The notes under the pieces: model-generated
Databases searched by the model: none
The model's input: only the letters and a program-made list of their open reading frames with translations
What the model was told of the DNA's origin: nothing
NCBI GenBank assembly: GCA_963825935.1
Contig: CAWGUN010000013.1
Coordinates: 558,807-622,806 of the forward strand
DNA length: 64,000 nucleotides
Reading direction: 5' to 3'
Source: an uncultured Bacteroidales bacterium
GTDB taxonomy: Bacteria; Bacteroidota; Bacteroidia; Bacteroidales; VadinHA17
Translations under genes and position numbers: made by a program
Shown here: positions 28,467-37,819 of the stretch, piece after piece
Layout of the letters: each line of letters begins with the position of its first letter
Numbering within the stretch: position 1 is the first letter of the stretch

Positions 28467-31400
28467 TTATTCAGTCTCTACCGGCTCCATAATCCTTTCA
28501 AACTCCTTCACCTGGAAAACAAAAGCCTGAAGCCTTGTATCAAGGGAAACGGAATCCTGGCCGTCGTAAGCAATATTAATAAACGGGATATTGTTATGAT
28601 CTTTACGGAACGAATCACTCACTGCAGATATCAGGGTTCCGGGCATGCAGGTAAATGGCAGGATAGCAGCCAGACCTGAAACTCCTCTTTTTGAAAGTGC
28701 AACCGAAGTGCCCATGGCAATCGCCGGATCACCGTCATAAAACTCATTCACATAGGTATTGCACAAAGTAAGCATTTCGTGAAGAGATACATCTTTATGG
28801 TGATCAGTAAATTTTTTGATTCCCCTTAGCAGGGAGTTCGCTATTACATCCTGTCCGAATCCCTGGATTTTGGATTTAATAACGCCCCGATTATCATTTT
28901 TCCAGCGACTGTCGCGGGTAAAACGATAAGTGGAATAATATATCCATTCTGAAAACGGTCCGATAATAACCTCCGCACCCAGATCTTCAAGCCGGTTTGC
29001 AATATTTCCGTTACATCCGGCATTATCACGCATAAATATTTCTCCTATAATTGCAACTACCGGTCTCCTGGTACTTTTATCAACTTTTATTGACATGAAA
29101 TCTGAAGCAATTCCTGCAAGAACGGTATGGAGCCCGCGGGCTCCCGTCTCGATGCATCTTTCAAGTCTCTTAATTGCATCTTCATAGACTTTATCTGATT
29201 CACCTTTGTTTATCTCATAAGGTCTTGTTTCCCTGTGGATCTTCCTGATATAATCGGCCACAAGAAATCCTTTCCAGGCATTTATTCTGAACTTCTGTCC
29301 ATGTTCCCCTGCAACGTCTTCATATGATGTATCATTAGAGGGAGTTATCAGCTCCGCATTGCTGAATCCAAGGCGATCAAACAGTATCCTGTGAAAGTGG
29401 TTATATTGTCCAAAGCGGCACGGACCATTGTGATCGGGCATGAAAAAACTCATTTTAGAAGGGTCAGCACCCGGTTCTGATAATTTCTTAATAAAACTTC
29501 CTGTGACACAGATCATTGGAAAACATTCTTTGGAGGAAGTATATTTTCTTCCGATAGCGAGATCCTCTTCAGTCTGTTTCGGCAGAACTTCAGAAGGGAC
29601 ACCTATACTCCTGGCCGCCGCAGCCAGCATATATGCTCCATCGTTCATATATGGAAAATATAACACCCTGTCTTTTGGCGGAGATGCAGGGCTTGGCCTC
29701 GGTCTGTAAATAGTGACTTCCTTCTTTTCATTCTGCTCAGAACCTCTCAGGCTATCCAGGAACGCCTCAATACGGGTTACCATGCCCGCATCAGCAGAGT
29801 GCTCATCCACTTCAAGATGAAGGAATGGTTTTCCTTTTAGCTCTTCCGTAACGTAATGCCAGATAAATGAATCGGGTCCGCACCTGAAGTTACTAATGTA
29901 TACGGCATACAGACCATCGGTTTTTGCAACATGCTGGGCCGCCGCAATAATCTTCTGGCCATTAGGCCAGTACATATTCCTGTAATTGACAAATATATTG
30001 TAAGGTGATAGATCGAGCATATCGATGGGGATAGGCATAACATTCTGGGCAATAAGCTTTTCGATCAATCCCAGATTAAGCTGCTGATCAGCGCTGTTAT
30101 AAGGTTTCCCGAGAAGTACGACAGGGCGACAATTTTTAGGGATATCCTTAAGGACATCTTTTCCATATGCCACTAACCTTTTTTCAAATGAGGTCTGAAC
30201 AGTATCAGCATAATATATTGCTTCCCTGATCTCATTTTTGCCGATTCCGAATTTCTCATTGAAAAAAGATGTCATCTCTTTTACAAGTGCACGTTCAAAG
30301 AACCTGAAGTGCAGTGTAGGGATCAGCAGCTTTGATTCATCGATTTTCCCTTTCAGGGCTGCTTTCACCATGAAGGGATAGGTCTGAATCCACGGACAAT
30401 TGCAGTTATATGTCTTGTTCCCTTCACGGAATTTAGCATTGACAATAAATGGCAGAAAGATATAATCAACATTTTTCTCCACCAGATCAATAACATGTCC
30501 GTGCATTATCTCTACCGGGAGACAAGTTTCGGTGGTCATTGTTTCTATTGAACGGGTAAGAAGCGTTTTATCTGATTCTTTTGAAACCACAACGGTAAAT
30601 CCAAGTCTTTCAAAGAATGTTCTCCAGAACGGAAACTGCTGGTAATAAACCATGAGTGCCCTTGGGATCCCTATGGTCGTGGTTTTATATTCTTTAGGTT
30701 CCTCGTAACCCTCTGTCAGCATTTCAATTCTTTTCAGGAATAGATTCGGGATATCGTTCCTTACCTTCTTACGTCCGTCAGTCTCATATTTCTCGCACCT
30801 TCCACCGTAATAAAGAGATTTCTTTTCTCCGGCAATTTTTACACGCCTTATTTCGCAATGGTTAGTGCACCCCTGGCAAACAAACCTGCTCATTTTATAA
30901 GTTGCATTCCTTATACCAAAACCTTTAAAGGTAGTTTTTTGCCCCTGGGTCATTGACCTTTGAGCAAGAATAGCGGCACCAATGGCCCCGGTAACATCAA
31001 AATGAGGGGGAATAATGATTTTCTTCCCCAGAACCTGCTCAAAAGCTGCAACGACTGCTTTATTATTTGTGACTCCGCCCTGAAAGAATATCTTGTCCCC
31101 AACTCTCCGGTCAGCAACTACTTTTTGCAGGTAATTGTAGACAATTGAGTAGGCGAGACCTCCAACGAGATTTTCATTTCTTGCTCCCTTCTGCATGAAT
31201 GAGTTAAGGTCTGATTCCATAAACACCGTACACCGGTCTCCAAGCTTTACGGGGCACTCTGAGTTTAGTGCCATGCACCCGAATTCTTCAATAATATTGA
31301 TATTCAGCTTCTCAGCCTGTTCTTCAAGAAATGATCCCGTTCCGGCAGCGCAAACCTTGTTCATTTCAAAGTCAACAACTACTCCGTTTTCAATGCTTAT

Positions 31401-32720
31401 ATACTTGGAATCCTGCCCGCCGATTTCAAAGATAGTATCAACAGTACGGTCATAATCAATAGCAGCTGTTGCCTGTGCAGTAATCTCATTCTGAATTGTA
31501 TCGGCACCTATAAAATCGCCTGTAAGATACCGGCCTGAACCGGTAGTACCGGCTCCAATTACTTCAACATCTTCGCCTACCTCTTCATAGATCTCGGTAA
31601 TCCCTTTCTGAATAGCTTCCAGGGGCTTTCCTGCAGTCGGAAGGTAACGCCTTGCTATTACATTATGATCAGAATCAATCACGACGACATTAGTACTTAA
31701 TGATCCGACATCGACCCCAAGATAAACAGGAAGCTTCTGATTTCCGTTCTTTTTAAAATTAACTACCTTGTTATAAAGTGCACCCGATTCCACGAGCTTC
31801 GGAAGGCTGACAAATGATGTTGAATCATCAGCCAGGTACTGTTGAAGTTTTTCCATACCCTTGAAATGATTCATTTCAAGTTTGTTGGAACGTGCGTACA
31901 TTACTGCTCCTATGGCTCCCATGGAAGCATGGTACTCAGGGATAATAAGCTCACCTTCCTTAAGATCAAGAATATCACTGAAAGCTCTTACCATGCCTGT
32001 GTTTGCGGCAACTCCTCCTGAAAAAATAACAGGTTTATTAATCTCCTTGCTTCTTGCAACATTGCTTCTGAAGTTACGGGCAAGTGCAAAACACAGACCT
32101 GCAACGATATCATGAAGAGGTGTAGCTATCTGCTGGTGATGAATCATGTCACTTTTTGCAAAGACGCTGCAACGGCCTGCTATTCTTGGAGGATCGACAG
32201 ACATAAGTGCCATCTCCCCAAACTCTTTTTCAATTGGGACTCCAATCCTGCGAGCCTGTTGATCGAGGAATGATCCTGTTCCGGCGGCACAAATACTATT
32301 CATCTCAAAATCAACCAGCCGTGAGGCTCCTGTTACAGGATCCTTTTCAAGAATGATGAGTTTAGAATCTTCACCTCCGATTTCAATAACTGTCCTGGCA
32401 TCAGGAAATAACTTTCCCGAAGAGGTTGCCTGTGCAATTATCTCATTTACAAAAATTCCACCTATGAGATCTGTAGCCAGCTTTCCGCCTGATCCTGTTA
32501 TCGCAATTCCAGTTATGCTATCTGATGAATGTTTTTTAAGAAGTGAGGAGAGTCTCTCATTGAGTATGTTAAATGGTTTGCCATGAACGTAATCATAATA
32601 GTCTTCAATGACATTATAATTTTCATCTAAAAGAACTGTGTTAAGAGAAACTGATCCAATATCCAAACCAAGATAATACTTCTGAAAATCAGCAGCTTCC
32701 GGAGTCCGATTTTGCGCCAT
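28467..32720 (-). CDS. Fusion protein: 2x BcrAD/BadFG-type ATPase (activase) domains + DUF2229/2-hydroxyacyl-CoA-dehydratase-like region
   Basis: 1417 aa.
- Domain 1: LGLDIGSVSLN..CAAGTGSFLDQQ..RCSVFAKSD.
- Domain 2: LGVDVGSLSTN..CAAGTGSFLEEQ..RCTVFMESD.
- Cys-rich linker: CQGCTNHCE..GGRCEKYE.
- The remaining ~800 aa are dehydratase/DUF2229-like (IGIPRALMVYYQQFPFW..). Confidence 0.85.
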   Translation of the reverse strand: MAQNRTPEAADFQKYYLGLDIGSVSLNTVLLDENYNVIEDYYDYVHGKPFNILNERLSSLLKKHSSDSITGIAITGSGGKLATDLIGGIFVNEIIAQATSSGKLFPDARTVIEIGGEDSKLIILEKDPVTGASRLVDFEMNSICAAGTGSFLDQQARRIGVPIEKEFGEMALMSVDPPRIAGRCSVFAKSDMIHHQQIATPLHDIVAGLCFALARNFRSNVARSKEINKPVIFSGGVAANTGMVRAFSDILDLKEGELIIPEYHASMGAIGAVMYARSNKLEMNHFKGMEKLQQYLADDSTSFVSLPKLVESGALYNKVVNFKKNGNQKLPVYLGVDVGSLSTNVVVIDSDHNVIARRYLPTAGKPLEAIQKGITEIYEEVGEDVEVIGAGTTGSGRYLTGDFIGADTIQNEITAQATAAIDYDRTVDTIFEIGGQDSKYISIENGVVVDFEMNKVCAAGTGSFLEEQAEKLNINIIEEFGCMALNSECPVKLGDRCTVFMESDLNSFMQKGARNENLVGGLAYSIVYNYLQKVVADRRVGDKIFFQGGVTNNKAVVAAFEQVLGKKIIIPPHFDVTGAIGAAILAQRSMTQGQKTTFKGFGIRNATYKMSRFVCQGCTNHCEIRRVKIAGEKKSLYYGGRCEKYETDGRKKVRNDIPNLFLKRIEMLTEGYEEPKEYKTTTIGIPRALMVYYQQFPFWRTFFERLGFTVVVSKESDKTLLTRSIETMTTETCLPVEIMHGHVIDLVEKNVDYIFLPFIVNAKFREGNKTYNCNCPWIQTYPFMVKAALKGKIDESKLLIPTLHFRFFERALVKEMTSFFNEKFGIGKNEIREAIYYADTVQTSFEKRLVAYGKDVLKDIPKNCRPVVLLGKPYNSADQQLNLGLIEKLIAQNVMPIPIDMLDLSPYNIFVNYRNMYWPNGQKIIAAAQHVAKTDGLYAVYISNFRCGPDSFIWHYVTEELKGKPFLHLEVDEHSADAGMVTRIEAFLDSLRGSEQNEKKEVTIYRPRPSPASPPKDRVLYFPYMNDGAYMLAAAARSIGVPSEVLPKQTEEDLAIGRKYTSSKECFPMICVTGSFIKKLSEPGADPSKMSFFMPDHNGPCRFGQYNHFHRILFDRLGFSNAELITPSNDTSYEDVAGEHGQKFRINAWKGFLVADYIRKIHRETRPYEINKGESDKVYEDAIKRLERCIETGARGLHTVLAGIASDFMSIKVDKSTRRPVVAIIGEIFMRDNAGCNGNIANRLEDLGAEVIIGPFSEWIYYSTYRFTRDSRWKNDNRGVIKSKIQGFGQDVIANSLLRGIKKFTDHHKDVSLHEMLTLCNTYVNEFYDGDPAIAMGTSVALSKRGVSGLAAILPFTCMPGTLISAVSDSFRKDHNNIPFINIAYDGQDSVSLDTRLQAFVFQVKEFERIMEPVETE

Positions 32721-32862
32721 AAAATATTGTATAAAAGTATGAAATATCCTATTCTACCGAAGGCGGCTAAAATATATATTTTTCCTTTAGGAACCTATTT
32801 TTAAGGTTCTTTTATGATATGTATCATAGCTGAATTTTGTACCAGGCCCGCATAATGCGTCT

Positions 32863-33594
32863 TTATACCCATTCATCTTTAAGTACGTCACCTGATATAC
32901 TGATGATCATCTGTTTGACGGGAACTTTCCTCGTTGATTTTGACAATGCTGACATCACCATTTGAAGCAGACCGCCACAGCATGGAACTTCCATCATCAT
33001 GACAGTGATTGTATTAATCCGGGCAACCTCGATCATTGCCGTCAGCTTTTCGACATAAATATCTGCCCCATGATCAAGTTTCGGACAGGCGATACCAAGT
33101 GATTTTCCAATCAGGAATTTACTGTGAAAGTTACCCAGAGAAAAAGCAACACAGTCAGCGGCAAGCAGCAGATCGGCATCCCTGAAATAGGGTGCATTCG
33201 GATTAACAAGATGCATCTGGATGGGCCATTGTCTTAATTCTGATTGCTGATCTGCAGTAACTATCCTGTTATCTGATTGTCCGGGTTTTTCAATTACCAT
33301 TGCACGTGATCCGGGGCACCCGCCACCTTCCTGACCGAGCTGCCGGGAGTGCCCATGATTATGAGCCTCTGCCATAACCATAGTTTCGCTGAATGGCTCA
33401 GCTTCTCTTGTCTCAATTGTTATTGCACCTTCAGGACAATGCCCAATGCATGCGCCCAGTCCATCGCACATTAACTCGCTTACCAGCCTTACCTTACCGT
33501 CAATAACCTGTAAAGCGCCCTCCTGACAATTTGGAACACACTGTCCGCATCCATTGCATAAATCTTCATCTATTTTAAGAATATCTCTTTTCAT
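32863..33594 (-). CDS. 2x[4Fe-4S] ferredoxin-domain protein with Cys-containing C-terminal domain
   Basis: 243 aa with CNGCGQCVPNCQEGA and CDGLGACIGHCPEGA cluster motifs. The C-terminal domain carries the CPKLD and EVPCCGG motifs. It lies on the same strand, immediately upstream of the activase fusion. Confidence 0.8.
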   Translation of the reverse strand: MKRDILKIDEDLCNGCGQCVPNCQEGALQVIDGKVRLVSELMCDGLGACIGHCPEGAITIETREAEPFSETMVMAEAHNHGHSRQLGQEGGGCPGSRAMVIEKPGQSDNRIVTADQQSELRQWPIQMHLVNPNAPYFRDADLLLAADCVAFSLGNFHSKFLIGKSLGIACPKLDHGADIYVEKLTAMIEVARINTITVMMMEVPCCGGLLQMVMSALSKSTRKVPVKQMIISISGDVLKDEWV

Positions 33595-33735
33595 ATCTGA
33601 TTTTTGAAAATCATTTCTGATACAAAAATGATTCTTTAAGTCGGAATAAATTGTAACAGATGATACAAATCATAAAGATAAATAAGAGGTGTACGAAAAG
33701 TTGCCCGGAGAAGAAGGTACTTAATAAGGGTATTG

Positions 33736-35238
33736 TTATAATTTTAAACTTTCATCAATTGCCATTTCTGTTATGGCCACATAGATCATTTTAGCGACAT
33801 CCTCCATTATCTCTATTGTGAGAGCATCTGGATCGTCACCCGGAAGGTGATAGAAGACCTTTTTATAACCTCCTGTGACACCTATCGACATGGTTCTGAT
33901 CCCGGCAGAACTGAAATTATATGAATCTGTTCTGGGGCGGCCGAAAAAACTTCCCGGATTGGGAGCTGATTCCGTGAGTGGTCTGTGGATATATTTTGTG
34001 TTGGCATCTTCAAAATATTTCAGAAGCTGTTTATAAGTCGATGAAGCGCTGACTGCCAAGCCTGTACCGTTACCGACCATATCGAGGTTAATATAAACTA
34101 TCGTTTTTTCAACCGGGAATAAAGGATTGCTTGCATAAAGTTTACTACCAATAAGTCCGTTCTCTTCACCACCAATAAACAGGAACATTACACTTCTTTT
34201 CAGAGTAATTCCTGATTGTGCCATGGCCTTTGCAGCACCCATAATATCGACAACTCCGCTGGCATTATCAAGGGCTCCGTTAACTACTTTACCGGCTCTG
34301 CCTACTGCATCAAAATGCCCGCCAATAATAATTACCTCATTTTTCAGAACAGGATCATTTCCTTCTATTAATCCAATGATATTGCAACCTTTTCCATCGT
34401 TGTGCCTTGTTGTATTTGCTTTTATTGTCACAATCTTGCCAGTATTAAACGAAGCAGGTTTGAATGTTTTTCTGATGCCGGCCGTCAGGTCATTATTAGT
34501 GGTTTTAAGGCCGGCAAAGATGTCGGCAAGCGGTTGTTGACCTATTCCGCAAACAAGTATTGACTTATCATAAGAAATATTCGGGTTTGCCCCGATACCA
34601 TCAATATACAGGAAACCGGTGGCACCATGCCTGACTGCATTTTCAAGCTTGTACTGATGGTAGCAATATCCTACCCACTTCTTATATTCAGGATTCCCCG
34701 GATCACTGTATGGGACATCACGGTTTATCAGGACTATCTTTCCCCTGACATCTATTCCCTTATAGTCGTCATAGTTCAGTTCCGGAGCAGAAACACCATA
34801 GCCTGCAAAAACCACTTCGGCCGTTACTTCACCACTACCGGAGTTCATTCCCGGATAATAATCATCAGGATAGTTATAATTCTTGGTTATGACAGTACCA
34901 TCGGATTGAGGTATATTAAGGGATAAACTACCAATATCATTAACTACAGTATAAGGTGAGTTAAACCATTGAAAATAGCTTCCATTGTCTCCGCCGGGTT
35001 TTAAACCCCATTCTTTAAGTTTTCCGGCAATCCATTCAGCACTTGCAACGAATTCAGGAGTACCCGTCAGTCTTCCGTTAAATTCAGGTGAACAAAGCTT
35101 TTCGACCCAACTCATCATTTCTTCGCTGGTAATTGAATGAAACTTGTTAAGGAGTTTTGATTCAAACGAATCCTGTGCATTGATAACAGTAAGTAATGAT
35201 AAGAAAAGGCAGATCAGTGCAAGTTTGATTCTATTCAT
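33736..35238 (-). CDS. Secreted M28-family aminopeptidase with PA domain
   Basis: 500 aa. Signal peptide plus metal-ligand motifs IGGHFDAVG, GGEENGLIGS and NLDMVG. Confidence 0.85.
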   Translation of the reverse strand: MNRIKLALICLFLSLLTVINAQDSFESKLLNKFHSITSEEMMSWVEKLCSPEFNGRLTGTPEFVASAEWIAGKLKEWGLKPGGDNGSYFQWFNSPYTVVNDIGSLSLNIPQSDGTVITKNYNYPDDYYPGMNSGSGEVTAEVVFAGYGVSAPELNYDDYKGIDVRGKIVLINRDVPYSDPGNPEYKKWVGYCYHQYKLENAVRHGATGFLYIDGIGANPNISYDKSILVCGIGQQPLADIFAGLKTTNNDLTAGIRKTFKPASFNTGKIVTIKANTTRHNDGKGCNIIGLIEGNDPVLKNEVIIIGGHFDAVGRAGKVVNGALDNASGVVDIMGAAKAMAQSGITLKRSVMFLFIGGEENGLIGSKLYASNPLFPVEKTIVYINLDMVGNGTGLAVSASSTYKQLLKYFEDANTKYIHRPLTESAPNPGSFFGRPRTDSYNFSSAGIRTMSIGVTGGYKKVFYHLPGDDPDALTIEIMEDVAKMIYVAITEMAIDESLKL

Positions 35239-35310
35239 TTTGGTTGATTATTAGGGCAGCAAATATAAAAAAAACATGACTTGTCTGAATAGGAAATGAT
35301 ATAATCAAGA

Positions 35311-37392
35311 TTAAGTCTTCTCCCCGGGTTTAGTTGGATCTCCCTGAAGGGTTATTAAAAAACATGTTCCTTCTCCCTCCTTGCTTTCGACACTTATTGT
35401 ACCCTTGTTTATCTTAACAAGCTCATTGCAGAGTTTGAGTCCGAGACCGGTACCCTTTTCGTTTTCAGTTCCGGGCATGCTGCTCATTTCAGCAGAAGTG
35501 AATAAATATTTTTGTTTTGTTTCAGGAATGCCGATCCCGTTGTCACATATTTTTAGCAGGATACCTTCTCCGTCAGCTGATTTATCTTTAAGAAATATAC
35601 TGATTCTTCCTCCCCGCGGGGTATATTTGACTGCATTTGATAAAAGATTCCTGATTATTATGTCAAGCAGATCTTTGTCAAAATATGCAATTGAACTGCC
35701 AACCTGGGTAAAGTTCACAGCGATATCCTTCTTGTCAGAAGTCTCTTTGAAAATGCTGAGGTTTGTTAGAATAATATCTGCAAGGTTCAGCATTCCCGGT
35801 GTGTATTTTATTTTGTCCTCCTGGCCTCTTCCCCAGACAAGCATATTTTCGAGCAATGAAATTACCTGTTGGGCATACTGGATACTTGAATTTGCAAAAG
35901 TGTCGTATTTCTCCTTGTACTCCTTCTCTTTCAGAAGATTAAGCATATAAAGGATGTTGACAACAGGGCTCCTGAGGTCGTGGGCAATAACTGAAAATAT
36001 CTTGTTTTTAAGCTGGATGGTTTCTGATAACTGTTTGTTTTGTAATGCAATCCTGATGTTCTGTTTTTCAATCTCGTCGGTTCGTGTCTTAAGCTCCTGG
36101 GTCCGTTCATTAACTTTCACTTCAAGATTTTTGTTCATAAATTCAAGCTCATTCTGGAGTTTATCTTTATCATTGTATGATTTAACCCATTTGTAAAGTA
36201 ATAGCGCTGCCTGGACGAAAACGAAGAGCACCACCATATAAGTCATTATATATCCGGAAGTGCTTTCAGATTTCCCGAGAGAAACGCGGATGTCATGAAT
36301 GCTGCCTGCTACAAGGAGCATGATTACGGAGAAATATGCAATATCGAGGTAATTCTTCCGGAAAATTCCTCTGAGACTCTGAACTATTGCATAGACCATC
36401 AAAATGAGTATCGAAGGGTAAACTATAAGAGTTGAATAGCTGAATATTTTTACCGGCAGGAAAAAAGTAAGGACGAATGCAATTACAAATATTACGGAAA
36501 GTAACCTCGAAATAATCCTGAAATACTTTGATGGGTAAAGGGTTGTTGCAAACCAAAACCATCCCACAATTACGACATAGAGACCAAGGTATTCGAACCT
36601 GACAATCCATGTCCAATCCATGTTTACGATGGTGTTTATCAGGAAGTGGGAAGTAAACAGAGGCCTTACAGCAAGGCCGATAGTTGCCATACAGAAGTAA
36701 ACCAGTGCTTTATCCCTGGGATATATCGCAAAAAAGAATAAGAAGAAAATTGAAAACCCTATCAGAAGACTTATTGTTGCCCATTCTCCGGCCCAGCTGT
36801 TTGCCATCGCTTTCTGAACTTCACTGAATGCCCCTATTTTTATCGGAAGCCAGAATCCGCCACGCCGGTGGGAAAAATTTGCAACATTTATTATTATCGA
36901 TAATGTGTCAGAAACAGGTTTGTAGCGGAAGAAGTTTCTCCTGTATTCAGGTTTAGTTTCAGCAGCCGATTTACCCGGAATACCGTTACCGCCAAAATAT
37001 TCATTATTAATATAAATATCATAGGAGGAATCAAAAACCGGCATATCAAATGCCAGTGGTTCCCTGAATCCAACCGGGAGAATAATTTTTAACCTGTACG
37101 TGGCATAACCCTCCTTTGTTGTTTTTACTTTTTCAGGCGGATAATCTGTCCAATAGGAGGGGATGTTGCCGTAATAATCCGGCAGAAGATCTTTATTAAC
37201 GAAATCATGAGGGTGGAGCATTTTCTTCCAGTAGAATTCCCATTCTCCATTCAGTTTTAAAACATATTTTTCATGGTACCTTATTCGATGGAGGTCTATT
37301 ACTCCTTTAACTGCTTTAGGAGCCGTTTCCTTAGCAGCCAGGTTCATGACTGCAAAAAATATAACCAGTAATACGGACAATCGGTTTTTCAA
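35311..37392 (-). CDS. Sensor histidine kinase, 7TMR-DISM type (no receiver domain; no response regulator nearby)
   Basis: 693 aa with a TTG start. The domains in order are a periplasmic 7TMR-DISMED2-like N-terminus, seven predicted TM helices and a coiled coil. These are followed by the H-box FSVIAHDLRSPV and the ATPase motifs DNGIGIP and GTGLGL. Confidence 0.85.
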   Translation of the reverse strand: MKNRLSVLLVIFFAVMNLAAKETAPKAVKGVIDLHRIRYHEKYVLKLNGEWEFYWKKMLHPHDFVNKDLLPDYYGNIPSYWTDYPPEKVKTTKEGYATYRLKIILPVGFREPLAFDMPVFDSSYDIYINNEYFGGNGIPGKSAAETKPEYRRNFFRYKPVSDTLSIIINVANFSHRRGGFWLPIKIGAFSEVQKAMANSWAGEWATISLLIGFSIFFLFFFAIYPRDKALVYFCMATIGLAVRPLFTSHFLINTIVNMDWTWIVRFEYLGLYVVIVGWFWFATTLYPSKYFRIISRLLSVIFVIAFVLTFFLPVKIFSYSTLIVYPSILILMVYAIVQSLRGIFRKNYLDIAYFSVIMLLVAGSIHDIRVSLGKSESTSGYIMTYMVVLFVFVQAALLLYKWVKSYNDKDKLQNELEFMNKNLEVKVNERTQELKTRTDEIEKQNIRIALQNKQLSETIQLKNKIFSVIAHDLRSPVVNILYMLNLLKEKEYKEKYDTFANSSIQYAQQVISLLENMLVWGRGQEDKIKYTPGMLNLADIILTNLSIFKETSDKKDIAVNFTQVGSSIAYFDKDLLDIIIRNLLSNAVKYTPRGGRISIFLKDKSADGEGILLKICDNGIGIPETKQKYLFTSAEMSSMPGTENEKGTGLGLKLCNELVKINKGTISVESKEGEGTCFLITLQGDPTKPGEKT

Positions 37393-37447
37393 GACTCAGT
37401 TGTTTTGGAGCTCAGGCTGTAAAGATAAATATTTCCGTATAAAAAGA

Positions 37448-37473
37448 AGGAAGACATCGTTCGATGTCTTCCT
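37448..37473 (-). terminator. Strong palindromic hairpin with U-tract on the minus strand, 56 nt upstream of the kinase start
   Basis: AGGAAGACATCG-TT-CGATGTCTTCCT (12-nt perfect arms). The minus strand continues TCTTTTTAT. Confidence 0.45.
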
Positions 37474-37501
37474 GACTAACTATAAACCTGATCGTAGAAT
37501 T

Positions 37502-37519
37502 GGCCGAACGGCCTTTTTT
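37502..37519 (+). terminator. Weak hairpin + T6 on the plus strand
   Basis: GGCC-GAAC-GGCC followed by TTTTTT. No annotated plus-strand gene lies upstream. Confidence 0.3.
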
Positions 37520-37819
37520 AAGAACTTAATTCAATGTAAAGACGTTCAATGAGAGGTTTTGTTGCATCCATTTCTGTTAATGTTATGTTAATCATTTGTT
37601 AAAATATTGTATTTATGCGCATAACAAAAAAAATATTTAACTTGCGTCAGGTTTTAAAGTATGATTTCTAATCTCAGATACCGGTTTATGATGCAACGTC
37701 TAGGACGCAGATTATATCATTGTCTGATGTTCTACAACAGGTAGTTAGCATCTTTCCTTTCTCCCAAGGATTATAACTTATTCCTTTTATTTCTTAATTT
37801 TTTATTGATCTCTTTCTTT

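Noticed and set aside
35381-35950. A 189-aa plus-strand ORF, plus 35954-36196.
   Set aside because: Both are antisense to the histidine kinase gene, and their Ser/Leu/Phe-rich translations are not protein-like.
37346-37552. A 68-aa plus-strand ORF spanning the kinase start and the hairpins.
   Set aside because: It overlaps the kinase N-terminus on the opposite strand and runs through the palindromic hairpins. The basic, low-complexity translation has no support as a coding sequence.
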